Shown here piece by piece: positions 21,015 through 31,305 of a stretch of DNA of 64,000 bases. The notes below the pieces were generated by a model that had not been told where the DNA came from, ran no database searches, and saw only the letters and a program-made list of their open reading frames with translations. Each line of letters opens with the position of its first letter. The first letter of the stretch is position 1. The stretch lies in the IMG/VR virus record IMGVR_UViG_3300042400_000613, positions 22,018 through 86,017 of that record. One strand, written 5' to 3'. This DNA comes from a virus. The translations under genes and the position numbers were made by a program.

Positions 21015-21533
21015 ATGGCTAATTTTTTCTATACAGAAGGCGGTTTTTTATGGGATGAAAATAACATGTCATACAAAGGATATTATTTTTATACCAACAG
21101 AATACCATACGCAGGTATAAACGGGAAGGATACTAGAAAAAGATTATTTTTAGAGTACGAATTTAAGAGAAGGGTATATTCTTCTCTTGGTTCGGAGCCC
21201 ATGGTAGAGTATATTAACATAAATCCATACACACCAACAAAAGAAGTTATAGAAGAAGAAGGTCTTTATTTTAAAAGATATTTTTACCAAAAAAGAATAA
21301 AACCAATAACATCTATAACCGAAATTAAAAAAGATGATTATTTTTCTGCTAAAAACTTGCAGGATAACAAAAATAGACTTATATTTGCAGAAATCTATTG
21401 GAAAGTCCGTGGAGATAAAGTTAAAGTAGCGCAATTAAACAGGAATGAAGTTTTAAGTGCAGATACAACTTTTCCAGGACTTAAGAGGTTTATTGTAAAT
21501 TATAATGAGTTTTATATAGATGATGGTTATTGA
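21015..21533 (+). CDS. Hypothetical protein
   Basis: 172-aa ORF in the operon. Confidence 0.65.
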   Translation: MANFFYTEGGFLWDENNMSYKGYYFYTNRIPYAGINGKDTRKRLFLEYEFKRRVYSSLGSEPMVEYININPYTPTKEVIEEEGLYFKRYFYQKRIKPITSITEIKKDDYFSAKNLQDNKNRLIFAEIYWKVRGDKVKVAQLNRNEVLSADTTFPGLKRFIVNYNEFYIDDGY

Positions 21534-22854
21534 GAACGAGGATCAACTAAGGGAGGTCCAAACTAATTTTTCAGGTTCCTTTGTGTTTCCTATTCCGAAA
21601 GATATGTCAAATTTTTCGGAGGGGCTCTCTATGTTATTTATACATGACTATAAATCAAATGAGTCATATTCAATAGCATTACAACATGAAGAATTTAAAT
21701 CAAACATAACATTAGAGACATTACAGACATTATTATCATTTAATTATGTAATAGCGTCATCTAAATACATCTTTGATTATTATTTTCCCAGTAAATTTTC
21801 AACCGAGTTCCCATTACTATATTGGCTAAACAAAGGAGATACAGATTATTTAGGAGATTTATATTCATTTACATCTAAGTACAAAAGATTTTATTATCCA
21901 TCAACATCCTATAACATCTATATTCCATATTACATGTTCTTAAGATGTTTTAATAGTCAGCTATCCTATTTAAACACATTGGATAAAAAATCATCTGTCA
22001 TTGAAAAATATACATCTATTCTATCATCTTTAAATCATATTAGAGATAATGGAATTTGCATTGACATTCCTCAAATAAATGAAGTATACAATAAAAAATT
22101 AACAACATCTTTATTACATCCTAAATACATGCTCTACAATGCCACAGGAAGGCCCGTAGGGACATGTAATGGTATTAACCTTAGCGCAATACCAAAAGAT
22201 GAAAAACATCGCTTAGGATTCATTTCTAGGCATGATAGAGGAATCTTAGTTGAATTTGATATTAAGTCATTTCATTTATATCTGATTGCAAAGGCCATTG
22301 GATATACATTAGAAGAAGAAGATGTTCACATGTATTTAGCAAAGATGTATTTCAAGAAGAATAATATATCCCCGCAAGAATACGATGAGGCAAAAAAAAT
22401 CACTTTCACTAATATTTATTCTGAAAGGGGGGATGCTAAAAAGATTCCTTTCTTTAGTGCATTGTATAAATATAGGGATTCGATATATAGTCAAATGGTT
22501 CAAGATAAAGAAGTTATTGTTCCATACTGTGTAAGAACTTTAAAACTATCGAATCTAAAAGATGATTACTCCTACACAAAAGGAAAATTATTCTCTTATG
22601 TTATACAATTAATGGAAGTTGAACATTTTTTTGACATTATTAGTAAAATTATTGTATATTTGCAGTCGAAGAAAACGCAAATCGTATTATATGTGTATGA
22701 TTCTTTCTTATTAGATTTTGACAGAGAAGATGGATTGGAAACATTAAGGGGAATACAAAAGATTATAAACGATTCTGGGTTTAGCTCATCTGTGAAAATT
22801 GGAAAAAACTATTTTAACATGAAATCTTTTGATTTGGAAAACATGCAAACATGA
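21520..22854 (+). CDS. Short divergent family-A DNA polymerase (no recognisable exonuclease motifs)
   Basis: TGRP, motif A EFDIKSFHL, motif B EAKKITFTNIY and motif C YVYDSFL. Confidence 0.8.
   Translation: MMVIENEDQLREVQTNFSGSFVFPIPKDMSNFSEGLSMLFIHDYKSNESYSIALQHEEFKSNITLETLQTLLSFNYVIASSKYIFDYYFPSKFSTEFPLLYWLNKGDTDYLGDLYSFTSKYKRFYYPSTSYNIYIPYYMFLRCFNSQLSYLNTLDKKSSVIEKYTSILSSLNHIRDNGICIDIPQINEVYNKKLTTSLLHPKYMLYNATGRPVGTCNGINLSAIPKDEKHRLGFISRHDRGILVEFDIKSFHLYLIAKAIGYTLEEEDVHMYLAKMYFKKNNISPQEYDEAKKITFTNIYSERGDAKKIPFFSALYKYRDSIYSQMVQDKEVIVPYCVRTLKLSNLKDDYSYTKGKLFSYVIQLMEVEHFFDIISKIIVYLQSKKTQIVLYVYDSFLLDFDREDGLETLRGIQKIINDSGFSSSVKIGKNYFNMKSFDLENMQT
22630..22662 (+). promoter_or_regulatory. Bacteroidota-type sigma promoter inside the short polA gene
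   Basis: TTTG-N21-TATATTTG matches the -33/-7 consensus. Confidence 0.5.
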
Positions 22855-23261
22855 TTGAGAGGAAACCTACAAAATTATTATGTACTTTTTGCCACCCGCA
22901 TTTTATAGAAAGTACATTGAAGACTATTAGAAACACTTATGATATAACAAACGATAGTGTATTTGTTTTTAGAAATGCATCCGATAATGATGAACTAATT
23001 TTAAGTTACAATGTTATCAGAGAGGAAGATTTTACATTACTTCCGTCCACCCTTATATTACATAGAAATAAAGAAACCGGAACTTTATTCACTCTAAATG
23101 GCCTTAACATACTTATAGAGCAATCGAATAATGGTAAACTTGATGTTAATTATAAAATTGACTGGTATGCTTACGAGAATTGCCTAATAGTGACAGGATC
23201 TGATGGATTGAGAATAATTGACTTAAAGTTTCTTTACAAAAAGAATATTTCTAACATTTAA
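22851..23261 (+). CDS. Phage hypothetical protein
   Basis: LLCTF and HRNKETGTLFTLNGLN; lies between polA and gp32. Confidence 0.7.
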   Translation: MIERKPTKLLCTFCHPHFIESTLKTIRNTYDITNDSVFVFRNASDNDELILSYNVIREEDFTLLPSTLILHRNKETGTLFTLNGLNILIEQSNNGKLDVNYKIDWYAYENCLIVTGSDGLRIIDLKFLYKKNISNI

Positions 23262-23272
23262 TTTATATAGTT

Positions 23273-24142
23273 ATGAGTAATTTTGCAGAACGTTTCAAAC
23301 AAGAAGCGAGTAAACTTTCTAACTCCGGCCCTACAGGTAGAAAGAAAGGTAAAAACATTTTTGATTATATTTGGAGACCTACATCTAGTTCTACCACTAT
23401 TAGAATTGTACCAAACAAAAAAGATCCTGAATGGCCTTTTTATATGGTTTATATTCATGGTAGAGATTACACCACAAAGATAGGTTTAGCAAATTACGAG
23501 TTTGTATCTCCTAAAACTTTCCAAAAAGAAGATCCGGCTGAATTATTTGCCAATAATCTTTACAGACAGGATTATGAGAACAACAAGCAATTTATTAAAT
23601 ATTTTTCTCCTCAAAAGTTTTACTATGTCCCTATTCTAATAAGAGGAAAGGAATCGTCAGGAATCAAGGTATGGCCTGTAAACACTAAGACTTACGAGAA
23701 AATATTCAATATCATGAATACTATTTTCGAGGAAGAAGGAGAAGACTCGTCAAAAATCTTTGACTTAAAAATAGGAACTGACTTAGTTATCACTAAACCT
23801 TCGGGAGGTGGAGTAGAAATTACAGCAAAGAGAAGCCCGACTAATTTGATAGAAAGAGCGGAAGAAGGCTATACTATTGAGGATTTTAAGAGACAGTATG
23901 AGGAAATGGGAAATATTGAGGGTTTGTACATTACTCATACAAAAGAAGAGATTGAAAAAATGGTAACTTCTTTAGCAGGATCTTTATTCTCAAAAAGCAA
24001 GGCACCGGAATCAACTGAGATTATAAGAGGTGGCACAAAGACACAAGAAACTACGGAAGAGGTAAGAAATAAACAGGTTGAAAAACCAGTAGCTACCAAA
24101 TCACTTGAAGACGATTTTTCTAAATTTCTAGATTCTATATAA
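23273..24142 (+). CDS. gp32: Single-stranded DNA-binding protein, gp32-like
   Basis: WRP..TIRIVP, GTDLVI and an acidic C-terminus LEDDFSKFLDSI. Confidence 0.8.
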   Translation: MSNFAERFKQEASKLSNSGPTGRKKGKNIFDYIWRPTSSSTTIRIVPNKKDPEWPFYMVYIHGRDYTTKIGLANYEFVSPKTFQKEDPAELFANNLYRQDYENNKQFIKYFSPQKFYYVPILIRGKESSGIKVWPVNTKTYEKIFNIMNTIFEEEGEDSSKIFDLKIGTDLVITKPSGGGVEITAKRSPTNLIERAEEGYTIEDFKRQYEEMGNIEGLYITHTKEEIEKMVTSLAGSLFSKSKAPESTEIIRGGTKTQETTEEVRNKQVEKPVATKSLEDDFSKFLDSI

Positions 24143-24155
24143 AAAAACGTTAATT

Positions 24156-25334
24156 ATGGCAAAGAAAAAGGAATCCTCCCAAGAGAGGACTGACACATCT
24201 TTTGCATCATCTTTGATAGATGCAATAAATGCTAAGTACAAAAAAGACATAGGGACTGTAGCTTATAAGTTAGAAGACTCTACGTTAGCACCTACAAATG
24301 TTAGTGATTTTATACCTACCGGATGTACAACACTAGATATGGCTATTTCCAATAGAGAAAATGGCGGGTATCCTGTAGGTAAAATTGTAGAACTAATAGG
24401 ACTAGAACAATCTGGAAAATCTTTATTAGCTGCTCACGCTATAAAAGAAACACAAAAGAAAGGAGGAATTGGAATTATCATAGATACAGAGAGTGCTGTG
24501 AGTAAAGAATTTTTAAGTGCTATTGGTGTAGATTTAAAAAAGAACTTCGTATATGTGCAGCATGAAGTTATAGAAGATGTTTTTAATTCAGTCGAAACTA
24601 TAATAGAGCAAATGAGAGCATCTAATAAAGATGTAATCGTAACTATTGTAGTGGATTCAGTAATGGGAGCAAGTACAAAAGATGAGATTGAGGGCAATTA
24701 TGATAAAGATGGATGGGCTACGCAAAAAGCAATCATTATATCTAAAGCCATGCGTAAACTTACAAACTTGTTAGGTAGAGAAAAAATTCTTTTAATTTTC
24801 ACTAACCAACTTAGGCAGAATCTACAGGCTAGACCAGGAATGGGGGATTCTTACACTACATCAGGAGGTAAGGCTATTGGTTTTCACTCATCCATAAGAG
24901 TTAAGTTAGTTAAGAAAGGAAAAATACAGGGTCCTGAAAAAGATTTGCCTTTAGGTATTACTACGGAAGCAGAGATTATCAAGAATAGAATAGGACCTCC
25001 TCATAGAAAAGCATCCTTCAATATTATGTATAACTCAGGAATTGATGATGTAAGTTCAATTATGGATTTCCTAAAAGACAAAGGAATTGCAACAGCTTCC
25101 GGACCCTGGTATACTTATAAATATTGCAATAGAGAGACCGGAGAAATTATAGAGGAAATAAAATTTCAAAGGAAAGATTTTCACGATAAGCTATTTTCTA
25201 GGGAAGAAATACGTAAAGATATATTCTCTAATATCTCTGATTATTATATTACAACATACATTAAAAGAGACGGTAGCGACGAAGGAGATTCTACTCCATT
25301 CATTCACATAGAAGAAACGGAAGATGACAATTGA
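24156..25334 (+). CDS. recA: RecA/UvsX recombinase
   Basis: Walker A GLEQSGKS, IDTESA, VVDSV, FTNQLR, GGKAIGFHSS and KNRIGPP. Confidence 0.95.
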   Translation: MAKKKESSQERTDTSFASSLIDAINAKYKKDIGTVAYKLEDSTLAPTNVSDFIPTGCTTLDMAISNRENGGYPVGKIVELIGLEQSGKSLLAAHAIKETQKKGGIGIIIDTESAVSKEFLSAIGVDLKKNFVYVQHEVIEDVFNSVETIIEQMRASNKDVIVTIVVDSVMGASTKDEIEGNYDKDGWATQKAIIISKAMRKLTNLLGREKILLIFTNQLRQNLQARPGMGDSYTTSGGKAIGFHSSIRVKLVKKGKIQGPEKDLPLGITTEAEIIKNRIGPPHRKASFNIMYNSGIDDVSSIMDFLKDKGIATASGPWYTYKYCNRETGEIIEEIKFQRKDFHDKLFSREEIRKDIFSNISDYYITTYIKRDGSDEGDSTPFIHIEETEDDN

Positions 25335-26346
25335 TTTATCAAAATTGTTAGATAATCATAGATCTATGTCTAACGAAAAGACTGTTCTTATAATAGATGG
25401 AACTAATTTGTTTATCAGATGCTTTTGCGCCTATCCGACATTGAACACGGATGGGCACACAATAGGAGGTGCCTTTGGATTCTTAGAAAGTATGTTTTCT
25501 TTTGTTAAGACTTACAATATAAATAAAGTTATTGTTGTATTTGATGGTCAAGGAGGATCTGTACGGAGAAAAAAAATGTACAAAGGGTATAAATCCGGCA
25601 AACATAAAGGACTTAAGTTAAATAGACTAACCGAAAGTAAGACAGAAAGTACAGATAAAGAATCAGAAAGACAAATTAGAAGACTTATAGAGTATTTAAA
25701 TAATTTACCTGTTGTTCAATTAATCATGGACGGAGTTGAAGCAGATGATGTTATTTCTATTCTCATAAACTCAAATGACTTAGATGATTACAAATATAAA
25801 TTTATAATGTCATCTGATAAAGACTACCTCCAGTTAGTATCAGAAAACATACAAGTTTATAACCCTACAAAAAAAATTATGTATTCTCCGAAAAAAGTTG
25901 CCGAAGAATTTGGAATTATCCCAGAAAACTTCGTATATTACAAGGCTTTTGTAGGGGACCGCAGCGACAACATTCCTAGCTTCGGTTCTATAGGAGAAAA
26001 AAACATAATTAAATTTTTCCCGGAAATACGAAATACTAAAATAGAAGATTTGGATTTCTTCTACAATCGGGCAAAAGATTTGATTTCAGAGGGTAAAAAG
26101 TATAAAGGGTTAGATAATCTCATTAACGATTTTGATAAATTAGAATTAAACTACAAGTTAATTCAGTTACATAACGTTGATGTTTCTTACCATACAAAAA
26201 GTGCAATAAGAAGAATTTTGCAGGATTTTGTACCCGCTAGTTATGACTATGAATTTATGCAAATGTTTGCGTTCGACGGGCTTTTCTCTAGGATTAATGA
26301 CTTTGATTCATGGCATAGAAACTTTGTAAACAGATTAAAATCATAA
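25324..26346 (+). CDS. 5'-3' exonuclease/flap endonuclease (T4 RNase H-like)
   Basis: IIDGTN, VFDG, EADDVI, SSDKDYLQL and GDRSDNIP. Confidence 0.93.
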   Translation: MTIDLSKLLDNHRSMSNEKTVLIIDGTNLFIRCFCAYPTLNTDGHTIGGAFGFLESMFSFVKTYNINKVIVVFDGQGGSVRRKKMYKGYKSGKHKGLKLNRLTESKTESTDKESERQIRRLIEYLNNLPVVQLIMDGVEADDVISILINSNDLDDYKYKFIMSSDKDYLQLVSENIQVYNPTKKIMYSPKKVAEEFGIIPENFVYYKAFVGDRSDNIPSFGSIGEKNIIKFFPEIRNTKIEDLDFFYNRAKDLISEGKKYKGLDNLINDFDKLELNYKLIQLHNVDVSYHTKSAIRRILQDFVPASYDYEFMQMFAFDGLFSRINDFDSWHRNFVNRLKS

Positions 26347-26349
26347 ATA

Positions 26350-27714
26350 ATGACCGCCAATTTATTAAATTCTTTTGGTACGGATTTTCAAAAGAAGGTT
26401 TTGTACAATTTGCTTAATGACGAGAATTTCTTTACTCGCATTATTGACATTCTTGATCCAAATTATTTTGAGAACGAGGCTATGTCTTGGGTAGTAGAAA
26501 AAATGTATGAATATTATGAGACATACAAAATACAACCTACAATAGATGTTTTAAAAATAAACATCAAGGAATTAGCAAACAAGGATGAAAACGATTCTCA
26601 GGCAGAAAGAAATAAAATCCATGCCCAGAGTATTTACATGTTTCTTAAGAGTTCCTTGGATTTTGCTGACTCTAAGGACTTACAACATGTCAAGGACAAA
26701 ATTGTGGAGTTTTGTAGAAATAGGGAATATGTAAAAGCCCTAAGAAATGCTGTTGACTTAGTTAAAAGAAATGATTTTGACGCTGCCTTTTCTGCTATAA
26801 ACAAAGCACATAATGCAGGTTCAGAATTAGACTTAGGATACATGTATGAAGAAACTTTAGAAAATAGATACATGGAGGATGATAGAAATCCGATTCCTAC
26901 TCCATGGCCTGTTCTTAATTCTTACATGAAAGGAGGTCTATCTTATGGCGAACTTGGCGTTGTATTATGTCCACCAAAGGGAGGTAAATCATGGTTGCTT
27001 ATATCTTTAGCTGCTCACGCTATGGAGTTAGGGGTGAACGTAATCTACTATACCATGGAACTGTATCCTACTCAAATTTCAAAGAGGATTGACGCTTACA
27101 TCACAGACATATCATTGGATAACTTGTCTAAAGATAACATGCCTTTGATTAATAAGAAGATGGATGAAATTCCAGGCAAGTTAATCATTAAGAAATATGG
27201 AGCATACAAAGCATCTACAATGACTATCAGAGGACATTTAGATCAATGTATCCACCAAGGAATTTCGCCGGGATTAATCATTATAGATGACCCAAAATTA
27301 CTAAAATCTACAAAGACAGAGAAGAGATTTGCATTAGATGAAATCTTTACCGACATTAGAAACATAGCAGATGAATATAGAGTTCCAGCATGGGTTCCCT
27401 CTCAAGCAAATAGAACATCCGAATCAGCTAAAATTGTAAATGGAGAACACATTGCAGAATCATATAATGTTCTCATGGTATGTGATTTCATGTTCTCACT
27501 ATCAAGAAAAAATATTTATCACATTGTAGCATCAAGATTAGGAGAATTAGGATTATCATTTGAAGGCATGTTAGATACTAAATGTGGAAAACATATTATT
27601 AACAATTTGATATCCGATGTAGATGATGATGATAGAGGTCCCGCTCCAAAAAATTCAAGTGCTTTTGATCCTGCCGAAGTAGATAGATTTTTCAAAGAGT
27701 ACAATGAAATTTAA
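26350..27714 (+). CDS. DnaB/gp41-like replicative helicase
   Basis: IPTPW, GGL..GELGV, Walker A PPKGGKS, YYTMEL and SQANR. Confidence 0.88.
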   Translation: MTANLLNSFGTDFQKKVLYNLLNDENFFTRIIDILDPNYFENEAMSWVVEKMYEYYETYKIQPTIDVLKINIKELANKDENDSQAERNKIHAQSIYMFLKSSLDFADSKDLQHVKDKIVEFCRNREYVKALRNAVDLVKRNDFDAAFSAINKAHNAGSELDLGYMYEETLENRYMEDDRNPIPTPWPVLNSYMKGGLSYGELGVVLCPPKGGKSWLLISLAAHAMELGVNVIYYTMELYPTQISKRIDAYITDISLDNLSKDNMPLINKKMDEIPGKLIIKKYGAYKASTMTIRGHLDQCIHQGISPGLIIIDDPKLLKSTKTEKRFALDEIFTDIRNIADEYRVPAWVPSQANRTSESAKIVNGEHIAESYNVLMVCDFMFSLSRKNIYHIVASRLGELGLSFEGMLDTKCGKHIINNLISDVDDDDRGPAPKNSSAFDPAEVDRFFKEYNEI

Positions 27715-27773
27715 GTTAGTCAGGTATTTATTTTTACCGAAAACAAAATTATAAACGTTCAACTTTTCACATT

Positions 27774-28739
27774 ATGCCTTTACTAAAAGAGAGATTGCAT
27801 TTTAAACCATTTGAGTATCAATGGGCTTATGATTATTGGTTCAAACAACAGAACGCCCACTGGTTGCATACGGAAATTAACATGCAAAAAGACATCAAAG
27901 ATTGGGATGAAAATCTTACAAAATCTGAAAAAAATGTCATAGGTAACATCTTAAAAGGATTTGCCCAAACTGAAACACATGTAAATGATTACTGGTCACA
28001 ATATGTTACTACGTGGTTTCCAATTCCTGAAATCAAGATGATGGCAGTAACATTTGGATCATTTGAAACAATACATGCGACAGCCTACTCTTATTTAAAT
28101 GATTCTTTAGGCTTAGATGACTTTCAAGCATTCATGCAAGATGAGGCTACTATGAATAAATTGCAAGTTCTGATTGATGTAGATAAAAATGATACATCCA
28201 TATCAAACATTGCAAGAAGTTTAGCATTATTTTCCGCATGCGCCGAAGGCATTCAATTGTTTAGTTCTTTTGCAGTTCTTCTCTCTTTTAGAAAATCAAA
28301 CAGGCTAAAAGGTATTGGACAACAAATGATATTTTCCGTAAGAGATGAAAGTTTACATAGCGAAGCAGGATGTAAGTTGTTTAGAGAACTAGTTAAAGAG
28401 AATCCTGACATCTGGACATCTGAATTCAAAAAAAGTATAGTAGAAGGAGTTCAATTATCTCTTGTAAATGAATTCTTATACATAGAGAGTATTTTTGAAA
28501 TGGGAGAATTAGAGACCATATCAAAACAAGATCTCAAGAATTTTATGTATGACAGAGCTAATAGAAAACTAGTTGAATTAGGATTAGAGCCTGTATATAA
28601 AGTAAACCCAAAATCAATGGAGAATATGTCTTGGTTTTACATTATGGTGTCTGGTGAGCAACAAACTGATTTCTTTGATAATAGGGAAACAGGATATGCA
28701 AAACCTAACGAAGATTGGAACAGTGATGACTTATTTTAA
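27774..28739 (+). CDS. nrdB: Ribonucleotide reductase class I beta subunit
   Basis: FETIHATAY, EGIQLFSSF, RDESLH and TDFF. Confidence 0.95.
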   Translation: MPLLKERLHFKPFEYQWAYDYWFKQQNAHWLHTEINMQKDIKDWDENLTKSEKNVIGNILKGFAQTETHVNDYWSQYVTTWFPIPEIKMMAVTFGSFETIHATAYSYLNDSLGLDDFQAFMQDEATMNKLQVLIDVDKNDTSISNIARSLALFSACAEGIQLFSSFAVLLSFRKSNRLKGIGQQMIFSVRDESLHSEAGCKLFRELVKENPDIWTSEFKKSIVEGVQLSLVNEFLYIESIFEMGELETISKQDLKNFMYDRANRKLVELGLEPVYKVNPKSMENMSWFYIMVSGEQQTDFFDNRETGYAKPNEDWNSDDLF

Positions 28740-28749
28740 ATTATAAACA

Positions 28750-30474
28750 ATGAACGAACTACACGATTTAGCTAAAAAACAAGGTTGGTCCATAGATGAC
28801 ATACCGGAGTGGGGCAATAATAGCTTATACTTAACAACGATGCTTGGGGGTTATTTACAAAACAAAGAAACTCCAAAAGATGCTTATAACAGAATAGCTA
28901 GTACAGCTGCAACTTATTTAAACAAACCCGAATTATTTTCCAAGTTTTTCGAGATACTTTGGAATGGTTGGCTAATACCATCAACTCCGGTTATGAGTAA
29001 CTTTGGAACTAACAGAGGATTGCCTATCTCATGCTTTGGTGGATATATCGGAGATTCTATGTACGATATATATAGAAAAAATCTCGAGATGGCTATATTA
29101 TCTAAACATGGAGGAGGAACGGCTTATGATTTTTCTGAAATTAGACCTAAGGGAGCTCCAATAAAAGATGGAACTAATGGTACTACTGATGGAATTATAC
29201 CTTTTATGAAGTCTTTTGATTCTACTATTATAGCATCTAAGCAGGGTAAAATGAGAAGAGGTGCCGTAGCTTTATACTTATCTGCAAACCATCCTGAATT
29301 TGCCGACTTCTTAAAAATTAGAGAACCTAAAGGAGATATTAATAGGCAATGTCATAATATTCACATGGGCGCTAAATTCTCTAATGATTTTATGGAGGAG
29401 GTAGTTAATAAGAATGGTAGCAAGAGAGAATTATGGCTAGAGCATATAAAAACTCGTGTTAAAACCGGAGAGCCTTACACTTTTTTTACAGATAACGCTA
29501 ACGCTAATCTTAAAAGTACATTCTCTACATATAATCTCAAGGTAAGACACAGTCAATTATGCGCAGAAATAATGTTACCTTCGGATGAAAACCACACTTT
29601 TGTATGTTGCTTATCTTCTATGAATTTATATAAGTGGGAGGAGTGGTCAAAAACCGATGCAGTTTATTATGCTACTATATTTTTAGACGCAGTTATTTCC
29701 GAATTTTTAGACAAAGCTAAACACATCCAAGGAATTGAAGACTCTATAAGATTTGCTGAAAAATCTAGGGCTTTAGGATTAGGAGCATTAGGATGGGCTT
29801 CGTTGCTACAAAAAATGAGGATTCCTTTCATAGGCATACAAGCAACTTCTTTAACTCGAGTTATCTTTAGTCACTTGAAGGAAAAATCAGATAAGGCTTC
29901 TATGTGGATGGCTAGTGAATTTGGAGAGCCTACGTGGTGTAAAGGTAGTGGATATAGAAATTTAACATGTATTGCCGTAGCACCTAATAGAAGTTCATCA
30001 AAATTAGCCGGAGGAGTATCCCAAGGAATTGAACCATTTGCCGCCAACTTATACATGGACGATGACGCAAAAGGAGCTCACTTAAGAAGAAATCCGGATT
30101 TGGAAACATTGCTAGACGAAAAAGGATTAAATACTCCTCAAACATGGGATATAATTGCAGAGGATAAAGGTTCTGTTAAAAATATAGATGAATTGACGGA
30201 AGAGGAGAAAGAGATATTTAGAACCTTTAAGGAAATTAATCAGTTAGAATTAGTTAGACAAGCTGCCGTAAGACAAGAGTATATAGATCAAGGACAGTCT
30301 TTGAATCTTGCTTTTTTTCACGACGCTCCTGCTAAATGGATAAATCAAGTTCACATTGAAGCATGGAAACTAGGAATAAAAGCTCTGTACTATTTAAGAT
30401 CAGAAAGTAATTTACGAGCTGATAGTAAACAACAGAGAGATTTATATTCTGAATGTATTGTTTGCGAAGGATGA
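28750..30474 (+). CDS. nrdA: Ribonucleotide reductase class I alpha subunit (short form)
   Basis: STPVMSN, PISCF, GGG, QLCAE, VCCLSS, APNRSSS, DQGQS, LYY and C-terminal CIVCEG. Confidence 0.95.
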   Translation: MNELHDLAKKQGWSIDDIPEWGNNSLYLTTMLGGYLQNKETPKDAYNRIASTAATYLNKPELFSKFFEILWNGWLIPSTPVMSNFGTNRGLPISCFGGYIGDSMYDIYRKNLEMAILSKHGGGTAYDFSEIRPKGAPIKDGTNGTTDGIIPFMKSFDSTIIASKQGKMRRGAVALYLSANHPEFADFLKIREPKGDINRQCHNIHMGAKFSNDFMEEVVNKNGSKRELWLEHIKTRVKTGEPYTFFTDNANANLKSTFSTYNLKVRHSQLCAEIMLPSDENHTFVCCLSSMNLYKWEEWSKTDAVYYATIFLDAVISEFLDKAKHIQGIEDSIRFAEKSRALGLGALGWASLLQKMRIPFIGIQATSLTRVIFSHLKEKSDKASMWMASEFGEPTWCKGSGYRNLTCIAVAPNRSSSKLAGGVSQGIEPFAANLYMDDDAKGAHLRRNPDLETLLDEKGLNTPQTWDIIAEDKGSVKNIDELTEEEKEIFRTFKEINQLELVRQAAVRQEYIDQGQSLNLAFFHDAPAKWINQVHIEAWKLGIKALYYLRSESNLRADSKQQRDLYSECIVCEG

Positions 30475-30484
30475 TAATAAAATT

Positions 30485-30510
30485 AGAGAGGCTTTTTAGC
30501 CTCTCTTCTT
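30485..30510 (+). terminator. Hairpin/terminator after nrdA
   Basis: AGAGAGGCT-TTTT-AGCCTCTCT followed by TCTT. Confidence 0.7.
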
Positions 30511-30551
30511 AAAACTATTATATTGTTATTTGGTTATTATAAAAAAGAAAA

Positions 30552-30825
30552 AATGATTGGCCTTAAAAAAAACGAATTAGAAGAAATATTTGATAATTTG
30601 AAAGAATTAGTTTTATACAAAGATGCTAAATATAATGGAGCAGCTGATTCTCCATTAAATATTTTTACAGGAAAGCATAAATTTGGATATCGAATTGATG
30701 ATAAATTGAAAAGAATTCAAACATCTCCTGAATTAAGAAAAAATGATATAGTTGATTTAATTGGATATATAGCATTAATATTAAGAGACAAAGAATGGAC
30801 TAATTTTGATGATTTAAAAGATTGA
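30552..30825 (+). CDS. DUF1599-like (nucleotide-modification-associated) protein; start approximate
   Basis: K..KY, P..IF, RIDDKLKRI and DLIGY pattern. Confidence 0.65.
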
Positions 30826-30834
30826 TAAAATTAT

Positions 30835-31278
30835 ATGAAAAAATGCAGTAATTGTAACATCACAAAAGAAGATGAAGATTTCCATTTTAAAGGAAAGGGA
30901 AAGAGGAGATGTGTTTGTAAAAAATGTTACAATAGTAACTGGAAGTATAGAGTATTAAATGGTGTAATAGGTAGAGAAACTAGGAAAAAAGAAGAAACCG
31001 AGAGTGATAAAAGTAAAGAGAAGAGATTTAGAGATAAAGAAGTAAATGGTAATTTTTTAGAAGAGTTAAAAGATAGGCAAAACGGGATGTGTTATTGGCT
31101 AAATATACCAATAGATTTTACAATGGAAGATAGGTTAAGGAAGCCTAGTTTAGATAGGTTAGATAATAATATTGGGTATCGTAAAGACAATGTTGTTTTA
31201 ACTACTATTTTTGCGAATACAGGAAGAAGAGATGCTACAATAGAGGAAATGTTAAAATTTATTTCGGATTACTTATAA
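30835..31278 (+). CDS. HNH-like endonuclease with an N-terminal Cys zinc ribbon
   Basis: CSNC and CKKC, then QNGMCYW and SLDRLDNNIGYRKDNVVL. Confidence 0.75.
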   Translation: MKKCSNCNITKEDEDFHFKGKGKRRCVCKKCYNSNWKYRVLNGVIGRETRKKEETESDKSKEKRFRDKEVNGNFLEELKDRQNGMCYWLNIPIDFTMEDRLRKPSLDRLDNNIGYRKDNVVLTTIFANTGRRDATIEEMLKFISDYL

Positions 31279-31286
31279 TACATTTG
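31279..31286 (+). promoter_or_regulatory. Bacteroidota-type -7 element upstream of the DNA polymerase
   Basis: TACATTTG 20 nt before the start. Confidence 0.5.
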
Positions 31287-31305
31287 GTTTTTATAAAAAA
31301 AGGTT

